Shown: in pieces, positions 56,818 to 64,000 of the stretch
How the letters are laid out: each line of letters starts with the position of its first letter
Numbering within the stretch: the stretch's first letter is position 1
Virus record (IMG/VR): IMGVR_UViG_3300040801_002079
Location: 186,001-250,000 of that record
DNA: 64,000 bases
Reading direction: 5' to 3' (one strand)
The notes under the pieces: generated by a model
Databases searched by the model: none
Told to the model about the DNA's origin: nothing
The model's input: only the letters and a program-made list of their open reading frames with translations
Made by a program: the position numbers and the translations under genes

Positions 56818-58125
56818 TTAAACTTCCTCGAATTTAACCCTAAGAAGAACTGTGGTTTTCCTACCACGGTACTCATCATGCTTTTTAATGGTTCCCATGA
56901 TATCATACGTGGTATCATCTTCCATGCGTTTGCGGCTACCGTTCCACCATGTGAATGAATTGCCAGCATCATCTTCCATTTTAACAAGCTGCTGGTCTTT
57001 CTCATTGTATCCAAAGTAAACGGTCTTTATCATGGTTTTCACTACCTTAACACGAGTTTTCGGCAGTTTGTCTCCGGGATTACCAATCCACTCATTTGAT
57101 TTCTTTTCTTTCTTCTGCTTATCCTGCTCACCTTTAGCTCTTTCGTATGCAGGGAAAATTGCAACAAGATAACCCACATCTCTCCATGTGATATGATCAC
57201 TGTTATAGATTACATCAATATTATGATAAAAATTATTGTTTTGCTTTTCATCATCACTAACTTCATTTTCAAACCAGTTAGTGACCTTTTCAAGATATGC
57301 TTCTTGTTTGGGTCCAAAATCTTTTGCAACCTTCATCCATTGATCATACTTTTCAACATCATAGCGATTTAATGGACGCTGATTGAAAATCAATTGTTTA
57401 ACAATGGAACTAGTGGTGTCTTCACCATAACCCGCAGCATTATATGAAAGGTATCCATATTCATCGATAATAGATGCTGCTACTTTGAGAACGCGGTCAC
57501 GAGACGCTGCATACTCTGAACGTCCACGAAGCTTACCTTCGTAGTTCTCAGCATTGCTCATGATGTTATCAACGCGATCTTTAAGAGAGAACCACCAAAG
57601 CATTTGTTTGGGGTCTTTACCACCCAAGAAATCAGCTAGGCAATTTCTACCGATTTGTCGAAGATCACCCGTCTGCTCATCACGAATGATATAAGTATCA
57701 ATTCGCGCACGTTTCTTTTTACAATGATCACAATATTCAGGCTTAGCGTCATAGAAGTTTTTAACATTAGACTCATCAACTCCGGGCATGGTACGAATAA
57801 CATTACCAGTACCCTTGTGTTGAATTGTTGCTAAAAACTGATACCCCGGAACATGAGGAGCTTCACCATCAACCTCAACAGTTACATACTTCTCTTCAAT
57901 CTCATCACCATCACGTTTGATAGTTTTAAAGAATGGTTCAGAAACATCCATGTGAATCTCAGGGCTACCAATTTTAGCGGCTTTGCGATTCAGCTTTTCA
58001 ATTTCATTCTTTAGGTGGGGAAGAACTGCGTAAGAAATATCTTGAGTCGAACTAAACCCAGCATCATTGGGTCCGTCTTCTTCTTGTTCATTCAATTGTT
58101 GCGGGGTGATCTGCGACAATTTCAT
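56818..58125 (-). CDS. hypothetical with zinc-ribbon and C-terminal OB-like domain; head-targeting leader
   Basis: CDHC..R.R..GRNCL; GTIKKHDEYRG; MKLSQITPQQLNE. Confidence 0.7.
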   Translation of the reverse strand: MKLSQITPQQLNEQEEDGPNDAGFSSTQDISYAVLPHLKNEIEKLNRKAAKIGSPEIHMDVSEPFFKTIKRDGDEIEEKYVTVEVDGEAPHVPGYQFLATIQHKGTGNVIRTMPGVDESNVKNFYDAKPEYCDHCKKKRARIDTYIIRDEQTGDLRQIGRNCLADFLGGKDPKQMLWWFSLKDRVDNIMSNAENYEGKLRGRSEYAASRDRVLKVAASIIDEYGYLSYNAAGYGEDTTSSIVKQLIFNQRPLNRYDVEKYDQWMKVAKDFGPKQEAYLEKVTNWFENEVSDDEKQNNNFYHNIDVIYNSDHITWRDVGYLVAIFPAYERAKGEQDKQKKEKKSNEWIGNPGDKLPKTRVKVVKTMIKTVYFGYNEKDQQLVKMEDDAGNSFTWWNGSRKRMEDDTTYDIMGTIKKHDEYRGRKTTVLLRVKFEEV

Positions 58126-58167
58126 TGTAAGTTCCTGTGGTGTTTAACTGCGTTAAATTATATCACA

Positions 58168-58593
58168 CTACAATTTCTTTTTCAAGTAAGAAACTGCGCT
58201 TCCTGAGGGTTCAAATGAAATTGCATTAAACTTTAACTCAACGCTATCCCTCTTTCCTTCTTCAGTTACATACTCAACCGTTACACTGTATGGTGATTTG
58301 TTACTTCCTAATTTAAAATCAGATGGTGGATTTGTAAGCTGAATATTTAGTATCTCTTTGGCTTCCATATTTGTAGCCTTAGCTAACGTTTTAGCCAACT
58401 TTACTGGGCCAATGTCTAAACTAACAACACCTCCATCTGGAATCCTGACTGCACCTTCCTTAGTTTCAAACACAACATCATTAATGTTGTATGAAAGTGA
58501 ATCTGGAATATTTTCTAAATCTGCACCAGATACTCTAACTTTGACATCAAATTCGTCATCTTTAGCTTCTGTTAGAATATCTGATAATTTCAT
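58168..58593 (-). CDS. probable internal head protein
   Basis: MKLSDILTE leader. Confidence 0.65.
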   Translation of the reverse strand: MKLSDILTEAKDDEFDVKVRVSGADLENIPDSLSYNINDVVFETKEGAVRIPDGGVVSLDIGPVKLAKTLAKATNMEAKEILNIQLTNPPSDFKLGSNKSPYSVTVEYVTEEGKRDSVELKFNAISFEPSGSAVSYLKKKL

Positions 58594-58595
58594 GA

Positions 58596-59219
58596 TTAAA
58601 CCTTTTTAATCACATTCTCAACGAACTTGCGAATTTCAGCATTAAAATATTTCTGAGCCGCTGGATCATGCTTCAAGCTTTCAGCAAGACTGATAATTCC
58701 AGCATCCTCAATTGCTTCAGTAATAGTATTAGGCATTGCTCCGGGAGCGGATGGAGTAACAACCAAGTCAACTGTAACAAGATTAAATCCTGAAACCATT
58801 CCACCCTCACTAACAACGCCTGCTCCACGACTGGATACACCATAGCGTACACCAGACTTGGAAAGTTCCTGTGCAATCATACCCATCGGGGTATCTAATA
58901 GCTGTGCTTTACCAACAACATTATTTCCGTCCATGTAGATATCTTTAATGGCATGGGAAATACGGTCCATGTTAATAGTAATCGTATCGGGATGATCTAA
59001 TTCACCAAATACTCCACCAAAGTCATTGATCTGCTGGCGCATACTATTAACTGCTGCTGTCATTTCATCCAGCTTATAAATGCGTCCATTTCTATTCTCA
59101 ATCTCGGCTTGCATAAACGTTCCGACCAAATAAGTCTTTCCGTCACTCTTAGCCTCTGTAATGATGTTTCCCTGAGATGCCGTGGTGGTCTCAATTAATA
59201 ACTGCTGCTTCATGTTCAT
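58596..59219 (-). CDS. prohead protease (gp21-like)
   Basis: NRNGRIY, GELDHP, GVSSRG.G, DLVVTPSAPGA. Confidence 0.93.
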   Translation of the reverse strand: MNMKQQLLIETTTASQGNIITEAKSDGKTYLVGTFMQAEIENRNGRIYKLDEMTAAVNSMRQQINDFGGVFGELDHPDTITINMDRISHAIKDIYMDGNNVVGKAQLLDTPMGMIAQELSKSGVRYGVSSRGAGVVSEGGMVSGFNLVTVDLVVTPSAPGAMPNTITEAIEDAGIISLAESLKHDPAAQKYFNAEIRKFVENVIKKV

Positions 59220-60334
59220 TATCTCCTAAGTTCGGGGTCTCTGTCCATTTCTTCCCATTCTTCAAATGAGATGTACCAGTCCGAATCTGGATCATAGTAC
59301 TTGCCTTCCTTCGGGTCGTAATATACAACCTTTCCGTTTCGCGCTCGGAATGGACCCTCAAGCCCCTCGCGCTCCTGATAACGATCCCGATCTATTGGTG
59401 GGAGGATTCGATATCCTTCCATCATAGGCTCAGGAACTTCAATTCCATAATATGCCAACAATTGTTTCCACTGTCCAACAGTTAAACCAATAGAATGTTT
59501 GGTTACGTTACCATAATCAACATCGCTAAAATTCATAGGAACGGTTCTGAAAACTTTTGTTACAATCTGTTCCCTAAGCTTGTTAGGAATTTCACCTTCA
59601 TTGGATGACATCTCAACAAACCCCGCTTTTCCATTTAAACTTCTAAACCGGGGAGAAGGGATTTTTAACTTTCTCGCCAACTGGCGTAATGCCTTAACAA
59701 CGCCTTTTTGTTGTTGGGTTGCTTCGACAATGTACTCATCGACTGATTCCTTGATTCTAAACACATCGAATATGTGTTTGATAAGGTCTTCGACTTTTTC
59801 AAAATCCGCTTCTTCACCGGTTTCATCTACTCTAAAAACTATACCTCTATCGAAATCATCTAAATCATTCTCAATAGTGCCTACCTTTTTGCCATTAACA
59901 AAAACGTCATCACCTACAAACTTAACAGCACCAAGCTTTAACTCATTAAGCTGGTTAGCTCTGCGTGACACCTTATCAGCTATAAGCCCCTGCATTAACT
60001 CTTTTGCAGTATCAAGCTCTTCATGTAAAACACAAAATATAACTTCCTCTAGAATATCCTCATCGGTTTGATCAAAATCTTCATTAACACCAAATCTGTC
60101 AATAACGTGAGCTTGTACATTTCGTGGAAGTTCATCAAACGCAATTTCAACATCCTTGCGTGAAACAACATCTGGATCAAACTCACCCCACTGTGAAAAC
60201 CCATGTTGCGCATGTGCTGGATCATCACTTAGCCCTAGACCGCCAAGCTCAGGATCATCAGCCAAGAAAACCGTGTATCTATCAACGGTTTCACCGCCAT
60301 TATCAAATACTCTAAACATTTCGTTATAATTCAT
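59219..60334 (-). CDS. probable head/core protein
   Basis: between portal and protease; multiple L/I-x-E sites; YYDPKEGKYYD. Confidence 0.65.
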   Translation of the reverse strand: MNYNEMFRVFDNGGETVDRYTVFLADDPELGGLGLSDDPAHAQHGFSQWGEFDPDVVSRKDVEIAFDELPRNVQAHVIDRFGVNEDFDQTDEDILEEVIFCVLHEELDTAKELMQGLIADKVSRRANQLNELKLGAVKFVGDDVFVNGKKVGTIENDLDDFDRGIVFRVDETGEEADFEKVEDLIKHIFDVFRIKESVDEYIVEATQQQKGVVKALRQLARKLKIPSPRFRSLNGKAGFVEMSSNEGEIPNKLREQIVTKVFRTVPMNFSDVDYGNVTKHSIGLTVGQWKQLLAYYGIEVPEPMMEGYRILPPIDRDRYQEREGLEGPFRARNGKVVYYDPKEGKYYDPDSDWYISFEEWEEMDRDPELRR

Positions 60335-60337
60335 AGC

Positions 60338-60706
60338 TCAATACTCATTTTTGTACATGTGATAGCGTTCTTCCCACGCTGCCATACGATCCTCTTCATC
60401 GTAATCTCTATAATCGTCCCAGTTTTCTTCATCATCTGGACTACGTTCGGTTAACTCATCTTCAATTGCCATCATAATGTTATCAACATAATCCGCATTA
60501 TAGAAATCGGTTGGGATAAACCCAAGTTGATGTAAATATTTTTTAAAGGGTTCATCGTCCTTTACACGTAAGCCCCCTAGTGCTCCTCGCTCCAATGATG
60601 CATATAAGTCCTCTAATACATCCGTATTGAGGCTTCCAATAACAGAAGCATCACTACGATTAATCGCACTCATGTCCACTTCTAATAAAATGTCGTTAAG
60701 TTTCAT
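60338..60706 (-). CDS. probable internal head protein
   Basis: MKLNDILLE leader. Confidence 0.65.
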   Translation of the reverse strand: MKLNDILLEVDMSAINRSDASVIGSLNTDVLEDLYASLERGALGGLRVKDDEPFKKYLHQLGFIPTDFYNADYVDNIMMAIEDELTERSPDDEENWDDYRDYDEEDRMAAWEERYHMYKNEY

Positions 60707-60990
60707 AAGTCAAACTGATCCATATCTGAGTCTGCAAGACTAATCATTTCTTCCGTATCATCAATGAACTCATCTCCCAATGCTGAAACTACTTCATACC
60801 AATCAACATTTTTGGGATTAATTCCGTAATACCTGAAATCAAAATTCTTGAGCAAAAAGTCTCGAACCTCTTTCCAATGTCCCATTAGATATAGCTCTTC
60901 CAGTTGCTCAGGGTGATCACCCAATGCTTCAATCATTGCCGAAGTATCTTCAAACCCCAAACCTTCTACTAAAATATCATTAAGCTTCAT
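60703..60990 (-). CDS. probable internal head protein
   Basis: MKLNDILVE leader. Confidence 0.65.
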   Translation of the reverse strand: MKLNDILVEGLGFEDTSAMIEALGDHPEQLEELYLMGHWKEVRDFLLKNFDFRYYGINPKNVDWYEVVSALGDEFIDDTEEMISLADSDMDQFDL

Positions 60991-61167
60991 ATTAATTCGC
61001 CTGATGTGCCTTGTATAAGTACTTAACTAGTTTCTTACCTGCACAATATTCCATTTCCTCTTCCGATAGCTCTTCGGATTCACAATCAACATCCTTGAAC
61101 CTTTCATCCACATCCTTATCCATTCGTTTTTTCTTTTCGGTTAAGAATTCGATAAAAGTTCTTTTCA

Positions 61168-61635
61168 TTATCTTCTTTCCAATTTATCAGCTATGTTACT
61201 TAATAGATCATACGTTCTTCGTAGCTGCTGGACAGTTTCTGGGTCCATCTTTCTATAACCATGTCTTACTGCTTGCCAAACTTCCCATACATTTTGAGCG
61301 GCAACATTGAGTCTGCGCACATAACTCATATCAGGGGAATCTAATTCCTGTTCACTTATATGAAAAGCTAATGAATTCTCATCCAGTTTTTCACTTAAAT
61401 TTTCCAAATGATGAATGACCTTATCGCAACGGTCATCATCTTTGCAAAGCATTTCGGAACACTTTGCTAGATCAACCTCATCAACATCACATTCTTTCTT
61501 GAGATATTCATTAAATTCATCTTGTACCTTTTTGCTACATTTCTTATACAAAAGCTCAAGATATGACTTCATCTCATCGGATGACATTCTCTTTTCGTGA
61601 TCTTCATTAAGACTTTTTAAAAATTTTAAATTCAT
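61168..61635 (-). CDS. probable head protein
   Basis: MNLKFLKSLNE; late promoter. Confidence 0.6.
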   Translation of the reverse strand: MNLKFLKSLNEDHEKRMSSDEMKSYLELLYKKCSKKVQDEFNEYLKKECDVDEVDLAKCSEMLCKDDDRCDKVIHHLENLSEKLDENSLAFHISEQELDSPDMSYVRRLNVAAQNVWEVWQAVRHGYRKMDPETVQQLRRTYDLLSNIADKLERR

Positions 61636-61728
61636 AATGGCTCTCCATGAAACCTGATTACTATTTGTATTTATTAATTGAGGGGGTAAAGAGAGAAAAT
61701 TATGATGTCGAAGACATAATTAAAAAGA

Positions 61729-63414
61729 TTAAGGAGTTTCTTCCCCGATATCTTCTTCCATATCAGTACCGGCTTCTTCTCCCTCTCCTTCTTCGCCTTC
61801 TAGGTCTTCAACTTCCGTTTCTTCATCAAAGTCACCTAGATCGCCTTCGCCGCCTCCAGCGCCACCGAATCCGCCAATGCCGCCTTCAAATCCCTGATCT
61901 TCAGCAATATCCGGATTATAAATCTTAACCAAATCTTCCTTACCACCATCAACAGGCAGACCCATTTCTTCACGCTTGAGACGCTCATTAAGTGCCTGCT
62001 CTTCTGGTGTAAGCTGTAAGTATTTGGTCTGTGCGAATCTAACAGAAAGTGAATCAATTCCTTCAGCATTGCCATAGTTGTTGAGTCTGTCAGAATCAAT
62101 AGCAATCTCTCTATGATCAGAGAAGTTAGATGGGCTTGGCAATGCTATTCTGAATGAAGATGGGTCAACTACTATCTTCATATCCGCCAAGAATCGTTTA
62201 AATTCACCATCAAGGGTTTCTTCTAGATGGGCTTGTAGCCTCTCGACATATTGGGAGAACTTGATTTCCTGCATATATGCAATGCCTACCCTGCCATCAT
62301 TGCTTGGACTGCCGCCACCGTCTACCATATTGTTCATATAGGAATCTGGTATTCTCATTCCTCTCCATAGCTTGGAGAAGAAATATTGTAAATCATCAAG
62401 TTGTCCAAGGCCCTGACCACCGGGAAGGGTTTCTACACGACCACCATTGCCATCTGCTGGAACAGAGAAGAAAAAGTCTTCTTGCATTGACTGTGGATCG
62501 TAAATTGATTCAATCTGATCTTTACCACCACGCTGAGTTGGAATTTTCTTCTGGCGCATTTCATTTTTAACTTTACGCAAATGCGCTTCAATCTGGGTTC
62601 CCCTCATCTTACCGGTGGGGATATAGAATACACGGCGTTCAGGAGCACGGGAAATTCTATAGATTAGAAGTGAATCTTCAAGTAGTTCCTTCTGTTTAAA
62701 GGTTCGATATGCTGCCCTTAAAATAGACTCCCCAAATGGAGCCTCATTATTCATTTCATCAGACAGCGTGAATCTAACAACATCTTTATTATCAACAAAC
62801 CCATAATCTCTGTTGTTTTTACTATTGTCACTATGGGGAGTTATATTAACAGGAAGTAAAAGTTGGTTACCATAGTTTGCAGTGGCATCATTGAAATTAA
62901 GATTTATTTCCCATTTCTTAATATCATATATATCTTCAACACTTACTTCTGCTGCATTAACATGCTTGGGATGAACGTATATTAACTTTTTAAAAGCTCC
63001 GGAATTATTTCTAAGAAAGAAGCAATCGCCGTACTTAATAGTAGACCTTGCCACGCCAAACAATCGGCTGTTCCACTGCTGAACTCTACACCATGTTTTT
63101 AATGCGGATTTCAGTGTAACGATTTGCGAAGTTGACATCTTATAATGTTCATTATCAACATGTACATCTAATGGTAAATCTCTTTTACTCTTATTGCCTA
63201 CCATTTCCTCAGCAATAAGGTCTAATGCACGAGCAATATCTATATCAGCATCCATAGTGTCATATTCACTATATCGCTTAAGTCTGGTGTACGAACCTCT
63301 AACCAAACGGGTGTACCAGTTAATGCTGCCAAATCCAAGCATATCAGCATTGGATGTCATGTTGGCAGAGGCATATCCCGGAGTTATAATTTTATAGAAT
63401 TTTTTAACGCTCAT
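61729..63414 (-). CDS. portal protein (gp20-like)
   Basis: YRISRAPERRVFY, EDFFF, VETLPGG. Confidence 0.95.
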   Translation of the reverse strand: MSVKKFYKIITPGYASANMTSNADMLGFGSINWYTRLVRGSYTRLKRYSEYDTMDADIDIARALDLIAEEMVGNKSKRDLPLDVHVDNEHYKMSTSQIVTLKSALKTWCRVQQWNSRLFGVARSTIKYGDCFFLRNNSGAFKKLIYVHPKHVNAAEVSVEDIYDIKKWEINLNFNDATANYGNQLLLPVNITPHSDNSKNNRDYGFVDNKDVVRFTLSDEMNNEAPFGESILRAAYRTFKQKELLEDSLLIYRISRAPERRVFYIPTGKMRGTQIEAHLRKVKNEMRQKKIPTQRGGKDQIESIYDPQSMQEDFFFSVPADGNGGRVETLPGGQGLGQLDDLQYFFSKLWRGMRIPDSYMNNMVDGGGSPSNDGRVGIAYMQEIKFSQYVERLQAHLEETLDGEFKRFLADMKIVVDPSSFRIALPSPSNFSDHREIAIDSDRLNNYGNAEGIDSLSVRFAQTKYLQLTPEEQALNERLKREEMGLPVDGGKEDLVKIYNPDIAEDQGFEGGIGGFGGAGGGEGDLGDFDEETEVEDLEGEEGEGEEAGTDMEEDIGEETP

Positions 63415-63471
63415 TTAAATTTTCCATTAATATTCTTATTTATTGATAGTGGGGCATACTGTAACCATATA

Positions 63472-64000
63472 TTACCATCTTCCTGACATTATAGCGGTAG
63501 ATCGTAGAGAGTCAACCTCTGTGTACGCTGCTTCGTGTGACCGTTTTGCTGCGTCTCGGGCCTGCGCCAATATATCGCTTGCGGAATTTCGTTTTTCATT
63601 TTCAACACGGTCTTCGGCAATTTTATCCTTATTCATCTTCTGGTTTTCACGCTGGATGTCATTATTTTCTTCGAGTAGCTCTTCCACTGATTTACCAGAT
63701 TTGCCTTTGGTTTCATTAATTCTATTAGCTTCTTCCATTGCTTCGGCTTGCGCCTTTAACGCCTTTCCTGCACCATCCAATCCAAGTCTCTTATTAATCT
63801 CCTCGGTACTCATACCTTTAACTAGATGTCCCTGACCAACCTTATCAAGCTGTGCTTGTAAGCGATTTCGTCTAGCCTCATTGACCATTCGGATATTTTC
63901 AGCATCAAGTTCGTCTTGTGATGCCCTATCATCTCCCCATGGCTTAATAAAATCTATTGTTTTTCCTAATATATCTCCCGCACCAATAAACCAATCTTCA
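63472..64000 (-). CDS. C-terminus of a larger protein entering from outside the window
   Basis: frame is open from the window edge to stop at 63472. Confidence 0.65.
   Translation of the reverse strand, partial: EDWFIGAGDILGKTIDFIKPWGDDRASQDELDAENIRMVNEARRNRLQAQLDKVGQGHLVKGMSTEEINKRLGLDGAGKALKAQAEAMEEANRINETKGKSGKSVEELLEENNDIQRENQKMNKDKIAEDRVENEKRNSASDILAQARDAAKRSHEAAYTEVDSLRSTAIMSGRW

Noticed and set aside
63443-63835. Plus-strand ORFs antisense to core genes
   Set aside because: Shadow frames of well-supported minus-strand genes

Overview
64-kb segment of a large T4-like (jumbo) myophage, almost entirely encoded on the minus strand. Both ends hold core modules. The left has UvsY/UvsX/gp32, terminases, a T5 A1-like nuclease, class II RNR, gp41 helicase, neck gp13/gp14, major capsid gp23 and scaffold gp22; the right has protease gp21 and portal gp20. 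Between them lies a ~33.8-kb minus-strand island (~21.1-54.9 kb) with 37 tRNA genes I could read by eye, covering 19 amino acids (no Cys found). The island also holds many non-canonical tRNA-like or structured RNAs, translation-rescue enzymes (CCA-adding enzyme, Pth2, small alarmone hydrolase, HAD RNA-repair-type phosphatase), glycosylation genes and two GIY-YIG endonucleases. The top finding is an unannotated 46-codon leader ORF at the head of the tRNA island (54820->54680). It uses 37 different codons in its first 39 positions, mirrors the phage tRNA repertoire and overlaps a 14-bp antiterminator for a downstream intrinsic terminator. This suggests a 'pan-codon' attenuator that would switch on the tRNA array when any tRNA is depleted. 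Other highlights: an MKLxxILxE capsid-targeting leader on a CCA-adding enzyme, kinases and an ART; Tat-signal fusions to virion-protein fragments (one to the Gol region of gp23); tRNAs with swapped variable-arm classes; and anticodon-less, permuted and mini CCA-ended RNAs. All calls are by inspection, with no database searches.
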